DNA from: Hormiphora californensis
Taxonomy: Eukaryota; Animalia; Ctenophora
DNA length: 64,000 nt
Assembly (NCBI GenBank): GCA_020137815.1
Contig: CM035353.1
Span: 8,370,001 to 8,434,000, forward strand
Direction of reading: 5' to 3'
The notes below the pieces were generated by a model, which saw nothing but the letters and a program-made list of their open reading frames with translations, was not told the DNA's origin and did no database searches. Positions 14,440 to 63,594 of the stretch are shown here, in pieces. Each line of letters begins with the position of its first letter. Positions within the stretch are counted from its first letter, which is position 1. The position numbers were made by a program, and so were the translations under genes.

Positions 14440-15290
14440 GCATAAACATCATCATCATCATCATCATCATCATCAATTAACATTTAATATACCGCTTTAT
14501 AGCATACATTGGTAAGATAACACTAATAAAAGAAAAAACTTTACGGATATCTTCCTGCTTTCAAAAGCGGTTTTACCCTACTAGATCATTAGATTAGAGT
14601 TCAGAACTAGTTTGTATGAATGTTCAAGCGTCCCTTGGTGCTTCTAGCACCCTCTTTCCACGGATTATGTAGTGAGTTCCAGGGGACCGCTTTATTTTCT
14701 CCCTCAGCTCAACTACCAGCTGCTTCCGTTCTTTCCGTTCTTCCTCTGTTCTATCGGGAGAAATAAAAACTTTTTCGAACTTATCAGTCCCTTTTAACAG
14801 GCATTTCTTTGACAGGATCGATATTTGAGCTTCTCTGCTCCTCAGCACAACTTTCACAGGTCTTGCAAATGAGGCCTGCTTTCCCAAGCGCTCCACAGAT
14901 TTCATTTTCGGAGCCTCTTCAAGCTCAGTAAAAAGATACTTTAGTTGAGTTTCAAGCTCATCACTCTCTTCTAGGCCATGGATGATGATGTTACACCCAC
15001 GGTCCTCCGAAGCTGCAACGATAGCCGACTGTATCTTCTTTAGAGCCAGGGCAGTGGCACATTCTTTCTCCAGAACAGATGCAAAACTCTTCAATTCATG
15101 CTGTGCCGTTGTCTGAACAGCGGTGATTTCAGTTTCTCTCTTTTCGAGTAACTGTCTCTGCATTTTTAGCAGCTCCTCCTGTGCAGCTACCAGATCTCTC
15201 TGGGTTTTTATTAGCTCTTCGCTTCGTGTTTTGAGCTCCTTCTCCAGCTGGTTTATCTTCAAGGTTTCGTAACCCAAATCTTCAAATCTT
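14440..15290 (-). mobile_element. Non-LTR retrotransposon (CR1/L2-group) ORF1 fragment followed by a 3'-like end with a (GAT)n tail
   Basis: ORF 15277-14624 has a coiled coil then RGCNIIIHGLEES...RLGK...RPVKVVL...VFISPDRTEEERKERKQL, typical of LINE ORF1 RRM/C-terminal regions; (CAT)n run at ~14447-14474. Confidence 0.75.
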
Positions 15291-15957
15291 CAAAATAATT
15301 TGACTGGTCATGTCGAGACATCCACATTATAAACAAACGTTTCAGCCTCTCTGAACTCATTCGGTTTTTCAACTAGAAGTCCGTGCCCCGCCTCAGGGCA
15401 TAGTCCAACAAGGAGTTTCCATGAACACACGAGTACCCCCTGGTCGGTGGTCTATCAGCAATGCCCCTGAGGTACCCTCCCAGTACAACCTTGAGTTCAT
15501 CGATATTCCCGGCGTCCTTGACACATTTAGGAAGAGTGTTCCATAGTTTCGCCCCAAGAACCGAAAATGAGTTTTCAAACACTGTTAACAACTGTTCTGA
15601 AACTGGGAAGGTATGTTCCATAAGAATACGGCATGCCTCCTCTACAAGGTCTAAAAGCACTGGCTTGTTCCTGGAACTTTCAGATCATTCCATACATCCT
15701 CTGCATGTTGTCCGTACTGCACTAGGCGCGGGTCAACTTCACCGAACCCACCGGTTAGGGTTAATATCTCTTTTACCCACTCCACCGTTTGTTCTTGACA
15801 GTATCGAATATCTTCCTCTTCAACGTCTGTTTCCCGCAGGTAGATCCGTATATCCATTTCATCGTCGGAGCTTGTCATTTTCTTGCTGCCCTCCTGGGCT
15901 CTTACATAGACATTTGCTGAAACTCAAATTAATTTGTTTAAAGTAGTGTTGAAAAGT
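15290..15957 (-). pseudogene. Retroposed chimera: spliced-leader-like 5' end + frameshifted unknown ORF + LINE ORF2 C-terminus
   Basis: 35-mer at 15957-15923; ATG at 15878 (MTSSDDEMDIRIYL...); frameshift near 15655; then FENSFSVLGAKLWNTLPK...DRPPTRGY...NSLLDY, the C-terminal motif pattern of CR1-group RT proteins. Confidence 0.65.
15923..15957 (-). other. Spliced-leader-like 35-mer ACTTTTCAACACTACTTTAAACAAATTAATTTGAG (copy 1)
   Basis: Exact match to 19627-19661 in an unrelated context; resembles the ctenophore SL exon as I recall it; not followed by a GT donor. Confidence 0.75.
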
Positions 15958-16900
15958 TTTAGGACTTAGCCTACTAATAACTAAATCCTGAGTGCTGACT
16001 TGGTAATGCCAAGTACACAACCCACTAGTAGGGACCTCAGGGGTGAAACGGTGCAGAGCAGCCACTAGACAAGGTGAGGTGTGAATCAAGTCATCATATG
16101 GTCCCTGTGTGGGTTGGCATATGCTACAGAAACGGGATAGGGTAGCGCTTTTCAAAGCGTTTTTCAAAGTGCTGACACTTTCAACACACTGATTTTAATT
16201 TGAAGGATTTCGTATCGCTCGCACAGCTCATAAATGGCACGCGCAAATTAAGAGCCGCGCGATACTGCTCTTCCTTAGTTAAAGTAACGATCTTACTTTG
16301 CGCGGATCCTCTGTTGCAGAGCAAATTGAAATTGCGCCGCGCATAAAATTTAATGAAACTTCCGTTTTACTTAAAAATGTGATTTGGTTCTGGCAAGCTC
16401 TTGGCAACGCAGTGCACTGCAGTGAGCGTGTCCAGCTTCCTACAGAGTGCAGGGTATTTAGTCCAAAGCAAGCTGCCATACCAACCGGTCACGACCCGTC
16501 GACTCAAGTGTCGAGTCAAAGATATCAACCTCTGGCAAGGGGACTCTTGAATAAAAGCCAGAGGCTGACCATTACTTAATTGATTACCATTACTGATTGA
16601 TTACATAGACAAGTTACGTCTCTACTTCTAGAGTCTAAAGTAGAGGCGTAAGGCACCATTAAATTGTGTGCACACACAAAAAGCAAGTGGTTAAAATGAA
16701 ATACGGTTGCATTGATGACCCAAAAAAATATTGACTCGTTCTCAGTCTGTCGACTGTCGTTTCTCACAGACAGACGTTTAAGCGTAAGCGCGAGCGAACG
16801 ACAGACTGCGTAACGTTGCCACCCTTCCCCCAGTTAAACTTGGCAAAAGCGAATTTTGTTGTGGCGTAGTCGGTGTGTGCTGACCCTATGTTTGTTGTTA

Positions 16901-17190
16901 GGGGAAACTCTAACTGAATGGCATCCCATTAATGGGATCCCATCAACAGTAAAACTCTAACTGATAATGGACCACAGTGATGGTTCTTTCTCTGTATTCT
17001 CTCTGTGTGCGCGCCCGTGCCCGGGCATGCCCTATAGTTCTTTCTCTGTATTCTCTCTGTAGGCAGTGCATAGATGTACTGCCTACAGAGAGAATACAGA
17101 GAAAGAACCATCACTGTGGTCCATTATCAGTTAGAGTTTTACTGTTGATGGGATGCCATTAATGGGATGCCATTCAGTTAGAGTTTCCCC
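16901..17190. mobile_element. PIF/Harbinger (Tourist-like) palindromic MITE
   Basis: ~105-bp TIRs starting GGGGAAACTCTAACTGAATGGCATCCC; 3-bp TSD TTA on both sides. Confidence 0.88.
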
Positions 17191-17553
17191 TTACACGTCT
17201 AGCCTCACCCTCTACATTCTTTATCTGTACGTGATTCTGCTAAGCTCTTGCGTGATACAATGCAATAGTACCACTTCGGCCGCTGTGGCACATCACTGCT
17301 CCTGAATTCGTAAACTAAGCTCTCTCCCTAACGGTCGTGGGCTAAGTAAACCTCTATCACTCCCTAACGGTCGTGCCAGAGGTACCTACTCTAAAAACAC
17401 TTCCTTCGGTCGAATTTTTAGAATAACGAATTCTGTTCGCCCTACGGGCTCACGAGATACTGCGCCCTCGGTGGATTAAGTGATGATAAACCACGCTTTC
17501 GCGTGGTACTATCTTCCATAATAAAAAATGAACCGGTAATTATGACTGGTTAC

Positions 17554-18374
17554 TAGGGTGTGCTAAGTGAAAATTTTGTCGACTTGGCCAATAGTTTAAG
17601 GGTAGATATGAAACTATGGGCAATTGTCTACTACATCCTGAAATCGGAATTGGGGTAGTGTATGTCAATTACGTGGGCCAGGCGATTAAAAAAGTTTACT
17701 TTTTTACCGAAAAAAGGAAAATATTTGTGTTTTACACCAGTGTTTGGCATGTTCTTGATATCAACTTTTTATGGTCAGGGTCGTGTTCAGCGGTTTGATA
17801 CCGATCAGAATGGATGTGTATCATGAAAGTTAGCCAAAGCTCATTTTTGACCTGAACATGTTCATTTTGGACCGAAAATGTTCATTTTTGACTAAAAATG
17901 TTCATTTTGGTCATTTTCTTCAATTTTGAGAGCTTTTTCATGAACGGGATCGTGTTCAGCAGGTCAAAATTAGTCGGTTACAACCGGAATTTGCTTTCCG
18001 ACAAATAAAATCTCAAAAAGTTAAAATTCGTCTCCACTAATACTGCAAAGTAGGAAAATGTGCAAGAAAAAAAGATGAAAAAAAAATTTTTTTCATTATA
18101 AAATGGAGTTCTGAAGGTGCATACTGGAAATAATGGTTGTACTGGTTCTCATGAGGCGATTCATATGTGTGGTTTTTTCGAAATAACGCCCCAAAAAACA
18201 TTTTTTGATATGAATATGCCCATATATGGGCATACATCGGCCCACGTAATTGGGCCAGGGTAGGACTAAAATTTTTTTACCAAATGTTTTAGAATGATAG
18301 TAGGAACTCATTCTAGGGGTAAACTTTGTGAAAATTGGATTTGATTTATGAGTTGGGAAAAATAGCACACCCTA
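17554..18374. mobile_element. Non-autonomous DNA transposon with short TIRs
   Basis: TAGGGTGTGCTA ... TAGCACACCCTA ends, AT-rich interior; abuts a second palindrome. Confidence 0.65.
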
Positions 18375-18465
18375 AAAAACAAATTGAACGGATAACCACT
18401 AACCACTGGTTAGTAACCAGTGGTTACTAACCAGTGGTTAGTGGTTATCCGTTCAATTTGTTTTT
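18375..18465. repeat. Short near-perfect palindrome (MITE remnant)
   Basis: AAAAACAAATTGAACGGATAACCACTAACCACTGGTTAGTAAC ... GTTACTAACCAGTGGTTAGTGGTTATCCGTTCAATTTGTTTTT. Confidence 0.8.
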
Positions 18466-19119
18466 GTCAACTTTTATCTTCCTTTCTTTCACTTTTATCT
18501 ATCCTTTTATCTCTCTTTTTTTTCTCTCTCTCCCTGTTTTAATCGGTGGAGACTTTTTCTCTGCCTCGGCCACCCAGCATAGACCGCATTCACACGCAAA
18601 GCTTGTAGGGTATACTCTGACACCTTTCCGTTATCCCTCAGCTGTAGACTTTGTGCAGGGTGTCATGTGATCATGATCATGTTGTTCCTTGTATAACAGT
18701 ATAGTAATTAAGGGTCATATTGAAATGAGTCAGTTGAGTAGCATGATTCAGGGGTGTGTGTGTTTGCCGTGTGCTGCTTGCACCAGCTTGTATAGCTGTC
18801 AGCCTTGATAACATATCCTTTTGCTTTGTGTGACTCTGATAAACTCTCTTGATACATACATTTGATATTTGTAGCATTGTTCTTAGATATCAGCAGTGTG
18901 TTGTTTTATGAATATTTTATTTCGGGGAGTGCAAAACAGAGTCTAGCTAGGCAAATTTGTACATTGTCGCCAAGTTCCACTTGGTGTTATTTGAGGAAAC
19001 TCAGAAATTTTCCACACAATTCAATTGATCTTTTCGTCTTCTATTTTTCTAACATAGATCACTTCTCCTAAGGCCTCTGCAGTTTCGTGTCGATGTAGGG
19101 CAAGAGATGTGCCTAGGAA

Positions 19120-40092
<20,973 letters not shown>

Positions 40093-40431
40093 CATAGTTT
40101 TATAAATTTCAACTTTTTGAGGCAGTTAATTTGTTGTGTTTTCTGTTTCTACCCATTAACCATTCATAACAATTCCTTACAACGAATGCACTTCCAATGG
40201 GTGGGGTGGCTATATCGGAAATCCGAGGGGACGGGAACTGTGCCGGCGAGCCAGTTGTTCGGCCTTGAGCGGAGTTGTAGCGAGCGCATTTAAACGGTTT
40301 TCAGTGTGTGTGTGTGTGTGTGTATGATATATATAGCGAACGGTCCAGTCTCTCTTTCTCAACGAACAACCAACACTGGAAAGATGTCAACTTCGAGTCT
40401 TGACTTTTGTTTCTGGGAAAGTCGTGAAAAA

Positions 40432-40950
40432 TAGGGATCCCTAATAAAGTTGTGACTTGTCACTGTATAGTCGAATTTTTTATTTAAGCGACAGGCCGCC
40501 GCGCATTCAAAGAGGTCGCGCGGCGTTGTATTTGCGCGTGATAATCGAGATCGAGTTCCTGGCAATCTTAAGACTTGAACCCGGAAGCGTTGGAAAGATA
40601 ATTTCAAGACCTTTCGAACGCGAGCAAGATCAATTCTTTATCTTATCAGGAACTGGAGATATGAGCGAAAAGGTTTCTCGAATTGTCACGCGCAAATACA
40701 ACGCCGCGCGACTTCTTTGAATGCGCGGCGGCCTGTCGCTTAAATAAAAAATTCGACTTTAGTCTTGCGGAGGCGCGGTTGTAACTTGTCACCGCGTGTG
40801 CGCGTACCAAAACGCACGTGGTTCCCACTGCGCGTAGCTGCGGCGCGGCGTAAACCATGCGGTGACAAGTTACAATCGCGCATTTTGAAGCCGCGCCGCC
40901 TCGGGAACCACATGTTTGGTGACAAGTCACAACTTTATTAGGGATCCCTA
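40432..40950. mobile_element. MITE with a nested second MITE
   Basis: TIR TAGGGATCCCTAATAAAGTTGTGACTTGTCAC and its reverse complement at 40919-40950. Confidence 0.85.
40468..40759. mobile_element. 292-bp TA-flanked palindromic MITE, copy A (nested)
   Basis: Long TIRs AGTCGAATTTTTTATTTAAGCGACAGGCCGCCGCGCATTCAAAGA; TA on both sides. Confidence 0.88.
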
Positions 40951-41242
40951 TAGTCGAATTTTTTATTTAAGCGACAGGCCGCCGCGCATTCAAAGAGGTC
41001 GCGCGGCGTTGTATTTGCGCGTGATAATCGAGATCGAGTTCCTGGCAATCTTAAGACTTGAACCCGGAAGCGTTGGAAAGATAATTTCAAGACCTTTCGA
41101 ACGCGAGCAAGATCAATTCTTTATCTTATCAGGAACTGGAGATATGAGCGAAAAGGTTTCTCGAATTGTCACGCGCAAATACAACGCCGCGCGACTTCTT
41201 TGAATGCGCGGCGGCCTGTCGCTTAAATAAAAAATTCGACTT
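40951..41242. mobile_element. 292-bp TA-flanked palindromic MITE, copy B
   Basis: Appears identical to 40468-40759 by eye; the ORF track gives the same translation. Confidence 0.88.
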
Positions 41243-41303
41243 TATTGGCGCGAAGTGAATTTTAAAATTCAAAATATGAATTTGTGTGCGCGCGCAAAGT
41301 ATA

Positions 41304-41497
41304 TAGTGGAAGCTCTTACGGTAATTCCCACGCCCCGTGGGAAAGTTTTCGACCGTGGGAAAGTTTTCAAACCGTGGGAAAAGAGAGATAATTTACATAC
41401 AATAACTAAGAAAAAAAGATTTATTTTTTATAGTTATTTTCCCACGGTTTGAAAACTTTCCCACGGGGCGTGGGAATTACCGTAAGAGCTTCCACTA
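41304..41497. mobile_element. Short palindromic MITE
   Basis: TIR TAGTGGAAGCTCTTACGGTAATTCCCACGCCCCGTGGGAAAGTTTTC and its reverse complement. Confidence 0.82.
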
Positions 41498-43317
41498 ATA
41501 CCTTTATTGCACGGCATTAATTTGCGCGCCACTTTTCTGACGTGTCGGAGCGGACCCGGTTTTCTGTCCTGTCCCCACTCCTCCCCCGTTGAAGAACCAA
41601 ATGAAACAGCGATTTGATTGACTCTATAATTAGAAACAATATATACTATATCCAAGTCGAGTGAGTATGAATACAAAGCATATCCCAGGCTCCAAACCAG
41701 CTCTCTCTCTCACGTGTAAACAACTCAAGAAGGAGAGAAGTATAATATTTTAGGTAATATGTTTATATAAAAAGTTATCGTATCACCCGGAATGCATGTG
41801 TATTACCAGGTGCGCTTTAAATATTTCAAGTCACTTTAATGTTAAATAAGGAGAGACAACATCCTCTCGTCACTTCTCTCTCTCACTCTCTCTCTCTCAC
41901 AAGTCAAACTCACTCGTGTCCCCTTCCCGCTCTGCAAAAAGTCTAAAAAAGGGGGAAGCTAGAGGAGGATGGGGCATACAGAATATCTGTTTACACGGTA
42001 AACTAAAGACAATTGGGGGCCACGGTTGGAACAAAAAGGGGGGAACAACAGCCAAATCAAAACCTCAGATATATATCGGGGGATTAATAACATTTTCACA
42101 CGGTCTACTGATATCTAAATTGCGGGTTACAGAAGAACACTCTTTTTCATTTTCTCTCATCCTTTATATCAAACCACAACAAGAGAGAACTAACCAAATA
42201 ACCGATGTTCATATAAAGTGGGTGGATGAATGAGAGACTACATAAGGGTTTTCTATCTTTTTTCTCGTTTTTTTAATTTAATTTTTTCCATTCTACTTCC
42301 CAGGAGAGGTTCGAGATGTGGGGAACGAAAAATAAACCTCAAAACACACACACTCAGTTAAACACACTGACAAAAAACAAACTGTAAAGAGAGTAGTTGA
42401 CAAATAACTTCAAAACTTGTCCTTCCCTTGAGATTATAGTTTTAGAAATTAGAATTGGACATATTAAACAGGGAGAACAAATTGAAAAGTATCTGTCACC
42501 CTTCACTCAAATATAACAGTTGGAGACCTCTCTCTCTCTCTCATCCTATAATATCAGTACTAAGGTGTTTGAACACATAACGCAGATCAAGGAGGTCAAT
42601 ACTTGTGTAGGGGGAGTGGGGTGAGAGAGGAACAGAGAGGACCTTTGCACTTGAAGAGAAAGAGGGATTCGGCCCAATACTAACCAAGATCCACCCGCTG
42701 CTCGAACTCTCTCAACTCTCACACAGGGGGCAGTTGGTCGGATTCAGGCAGGCAGCCGACCGAGGGGTGAGAGTTGGGACGAGAAGAGACAGGAATATTT
42801 CAGGAAGATTTGGTAAGTTGAGCGAAGTGCCTCTTTCCCCAAAATAAAATGTTTAGTGCCCGAGATTGGCGTGGATTGTGCCAAAAAGGATCCAAACTCT
42901 GCCCTCTCTCTTTCCAAGGACTTCACCTGACACAAGCACGAAAAATATATAACTGTTTTAGTTGTCTACACAAAAGTTTTAGTATTCAAGTTATTTTTAA
43001 ATCTATTTTGGGTCCCCATCTTCTGAGAGGAGGAAGGGGAGGATGGTAATTTTGATTTTCTCCCCCTGATCTGGTTTCTGTGTGTTCCACAGCGGTACAC
43101 CCTCCGTACATCACAAAAGCAACAAACAACACCACAAACAACAGAAAAGAGGAACAGCAGTGCAACAATTGTTGCTGTTCCCCCGGTGAGGGGTGTTGCC
43201 ATGGTGACGACAACACCCCTCACAACACCACTACTAAAGTTATCACCATGGTGACAAGAAGAAGAATAACTTACACCCCCCATCATAATACAAAACCTAA
43301 CAGACACAAGAGACAGG

Positions 43318-59107
<15,790 letters not shown>

Positions 59108-59430
59108 GGCCAAAACTCTACTATATCATCATCACCCGCTATATAACCATTCAGAATTATAATAATTTCAGAATTATAATAGAGATACATTTCCCACGCT
59201 ATACGACTGCATGACAGAGGTTTCTCAGGGGAAGTTAAACTTTATTTATTGATTTGCTGCCAACTATTTAGAACTATATATATAAACTGCATCACCCTGC
59301 TCGCTATTGACAGCGTGTGAATCTCAATCCCACTGCTACTTATAAACCTTCAACCCCCTTTATATTCTAAGACACGGTTGTCAATAAATAAAATTCAAAA
59401 GTTAGATTCAAAAGTTAGGCAATATAATAT

Positions 59431-60328
59431 TAGGGTGATTCATAATGATTTTCAATCGCTCTTTCTGAGTGAACATAGACACTGGGGACCAAAAATGTTT
59501 ACAGGAGTGATTAGTTTGGACAATTTTGGAACCCATCGACCATGTTTGAAGTTCAGGATGGTTTTTCGTAACCGGTGACAGAAAATTTCTGAAGTTAGAC
59601 TTTTCTGCGGTCTACGTGCCCAAAATTCAGGTCTCGATGTTAGTCTTGTAGAAGCCGTAAACAGATACAGATCGACTCAGGGCTCCTTGTAGGGCTAGAA
59701 TAACCTCTTTTGGGGATAATTGAGGAAAATCAAGTTCATCCGATTTTCACCCTTGATTTTGTGGGCTATTTTTAGAATTCAGTCAAAAAGCCCTTTTTTC
59801 ACTTTGAATTGCTGTGGCTCGGGACCTAGTCGATCTTTTGTCAAGATTTAGCGCTCAAAATATCAATTAAACCATGCTCTATATGACCCTGAAGTTATTT
59901 GGTGGTTTTGAGTGTCTTAGAAGGTCTAAAATTGATGTTGAAAAAAGTCACGCAAAAACGGGCAAATTTTTCTGGATTTTGGGGCCATATTTCGAGCAAT
60001 TATTGGCCCCCTACTCCAATCCCGCAACTTTTTCGGCTCAAAATCGGTTGTTTGCGATGACAACTGATAGAATGGACTACTTCATGAGCAAAATAGGTCG
60101 TTTTCCAAAATTTTTGCTTGCCGTTTGACGATTTTTTGGAAAGTGAGACGGTAGTATGGTCAAACACTAGAAAATGGGGTGTAGCCTTGGGAAAAAAGTT
60201 CGTCACATCTTTACCAAGGATGTTAGGAGACCGAAATTGTGTCAGGAACAAGGTCCTATAAAAATTTTATTGCCCCGATGAACATGAAGCAAAAAAATCG
60301 CAATTGAAAATCATTATGAATCACTCTA
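59431..60328. mobile_element. Non-autonomous DNA transposon
   Basis: TIR TAGGGTGATTCATAATGATTTTCAAT / ATTGAAAATCATTATGAATCACTCTA. Confidence 0.8.
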
Positions 60329-60668
60329 ATAGACAATAGCATCACATTTAGCGTCCCGACAAAAAAGGTATGGAATGTAAAAATCGTTAGAGCAAACATG
60401 AAACTTGGATTGTACTTGGATTATGAGACAGATATCACGGAAATTAAGAAAGAGAGATTGATCCAAAAATGACGTACTGAATACCAGATATTGATCCTGA
60501 TAAGAACAACTTTATAACGGTAATGGAGAGAGGGATAGTGAAATAGTTGATCCACAAGAAGAGAAAAGGGAACCTGGTATGTGTTGACAGTGTTGTAATT
60601 ATCTCTACAGTCTACATGCAGTACAATCTAACACAACGTGACAGTAGCCACCAACCAGCAGCAGGTGT

Positions 60669-61681
60669 AGACCAGTCATATGATGCATGATAGGGAACAT
60701 AATTGATCTAAATGTGATTCCACTTCTAGGGCACTCCAATAGGTCCCTAGAACCACCAAAAAAATTTGTCACTCTTCATCAAATGAATAAATGTGGTTTT
60801 TGGGCCACGCCCTTATACCTGTATTTTCAGTCATGTGGTCAAAACTGAAAACCATCTTAGGAAACGAGTAGAGAAGAAATCAAGGGCACTAAAGTGTGTA
60901 GCGTCCTCGCATTAGTGGGGGTAGGTGCCGGAATTAAGTCTCTATCTCATCTGGTTAATTAGATAATTGGATAATTAGGTATGCGCATAACCGTTTTTTG
61001 GCTATATGGCTATAGCCACTTATAAATGGTTTAGAGACTTTTCACTGGTGCCATTTTGTAGGCAATGGCCAAGTTATGGGGGGTCGACGTCGGACTTTTA
61101 AGCTCTATCTCCAACCGTTTAGCCGTTATTTCGATTCAAAGGTGCTGAAAATGAGTAAAAATCGGGCTTTTTCCCGTTTTTTGCTCATTTTCAGCACCTT
61201 AAAAGCCAAATAACGGCTAAACGGTTGAAGATAGAGCTTAAAAGTCCGACGTCGACCCCCCATAACTTGGCCATTGCCTACAAAATGGCACCAGTGAAAA
61301 GTCTCTAAACCATTTATAAGTGGCTATAGCCATATAGCCAAAAAACGGTTATGCGCAACCCTAATTATCCAATTATCTAATTAACCAGATGAGATAGAGA
61401 CTTAATTCCGGCACCTACCCCCACTAATGCGAGGACGCTACACACTTTAGTGCCCTTGATTTCTTCTCTACTCGTTTCCTAAGATGGTTTTCAGTTTTGA
61501 CCACATGACTGAAAATACAGGTATAAGGGCGTGGCCCAAAAACCACATTTATTCATTTGATGAAGAGTGACAAATTTTCTTGGTGGTTCTAGGGACCTAT
61601 TGGAGTGCCCTAGAAGTGGAATCACATTTAGATCAATTATGTTTTTTTTCGGTCCAAAACCGACATCATATGACTGGTCTA
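60669..61681. mobile_element. ~1-kb foldback element, copy 2 (same family as 10352-11344)
   Basis: Ends TAGACCAGTCATATGATG / CATCATATGACTGGTCTA; near-perfect ~470-bp arms; shared core (GCGTCCTCGCATTAGTGGGGGTAG, GGGGGTCGACGTCGGACTTTTAAGCTCTATC). Confidence 0.9.
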
Positions 61682-62529
61682 GTGATGGACTATAATTAGG
61701 GGGACTATTTAAATTATAGATTCAGTCAGAATACTCGATCGACTCCACAGTTATAGGGACGGTCATGAGCAGCTCAACCTATAATAACACACAAACAGAA
61801 AGGGACAGAAAGAAACTCTAGAAACTAGCGATCAGGTGACTGTGGGAGGGTATAATTACATTTCAGAGTTGTAATAGGAAGGAAAAAACATCATTCTTGC
61901 AAGTTTCAACCCTCTCTCATCGGGATTTTGTAAAGAAGGAGGAACATGCATAGTGTAGAAGTGTAAACTGTAATATGAATAGGGAGATACACACATCATG
62001 CATCTTGATACATCTGGAGACTAGACCCGAGTACAGCTGACAGGGTTAAAATAAATGAGTGCACTTTGAGCATTAGAAACGAATATATTTAGGCGAAAAG
62101 TGAAAAAAGCAGCTGAGCACTGAACGGCATTGGCATGCACACTAGAGAGATCTAGAAAGTAGAAAGATAGTGAGATGATGAGAGAGAGAGAGAGAGAGAG
62201 AGAAAGAAAGAGAGAGAGTGTGATAGTGCGAGAGCGGGGTCGAGTAAGCGTAGAGGAGTAAGAAGTCACAGTCACGCACTACAAATCTTGTTTCTCTGTT
62301 CAATAGGAGTTTCAAATTGTTTTATGTCTGATACTGGCATTTAGTTTTAGTATTTTGTTTGTAAGAGATAGTGTTAGAGGAGGAGAGGGGGAAAAGAGAA
62401 GGAGAGAGACGATGCGAGCCCGTGACCTCTCCAGCATATTTTCAAGCGTCACTAAGGTTACTATTTAGTATTTAACTATCGTGATCCTAACTTCCTCACT
62501 CACATGTCATTGACGTAAAGAGGAGGAAG

Positions 62530-62760
<231 letters not shown>

Positions 62761-62878
62761 ATAGGAAACGACCCCAGGAAGATGTGAAACACGCACAAAC
62801 AAGATGCAAGCCCCTCCAGTATATTTCCACACGTCCCCCCACACGTCACTATTCACCAATGCAAGGTAACTATCGTGA

Positions 62879-63276
62879 TCTTTATATTCCCTATGATAGT
62901 TACCCAATAACCTCCTCGCCTGACATAGACAGAAAGAGAAGGAGGAGAGAGTGGTACCCCATAATCTCTATTATAATTTGGAGATGTCGCGTCGAAGTGG
63001 TGGTCGTTCGTTCAGTGCGTTTCTACGCGACAGTGCTCCTTCATAAAACACTTTATGTGACCAAAGCTGTAAAGCTGTTGCTCACACTTTTGGAACTTCC
63101 AGTGGAAGTTTGTTAATATTTTCGAATGAATTTTAAGATGCCAGTCTTCATGGTTACCAATTCAGTTGCCATGGCAACCGTGTTATTGACGTTGAAAGGG
63201 CGAAAAGAACTGCCCGGCGAAGCCGGGTGGGTTGTCAAAAAGCCCTTACTTGAGGCGCACCCAATGGGTGCGCTAG
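62879..63276 (+). mobile_element. Possible non-autonomous Helitron
   Basis: Begins A|TCTTTATATTCCCTA, ends with GC-rich hairpins (CCCGGCGAAGCCGGG; GCGCACCCAATGGGTGCGC) and CTAG|T; no TSD. Confidence 0.45.
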
Positions 63277-63500
63277 TTAATTATAATTAGGGTACCAACC
63301 ATGCCATGTTGTAGGTCGGACCACCACTCATCAGCAGTTAAAATCCCTAAAACTATCTCTGGAGCTAGTCCAACAAAAGGAACTGAGAATGATGATGATA
63401 TGGCCGAATATGGGATAACGTATATTATTATTTCATGAGAAACACGGCTCCCCCTTTGTGTTCTGACGTAAATCAGACGGATGAAGTAGGGGAGATGGGA

Positions 63501-63594
<94 letters not shown>

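Noticed and set aside
15923-15957. SL RNA gene
   Set aside because: Neither copy of the 35-mer is followed by a GT donor and Sm-site region, and downstream sequences differ, so these look like retroposed spliced products.
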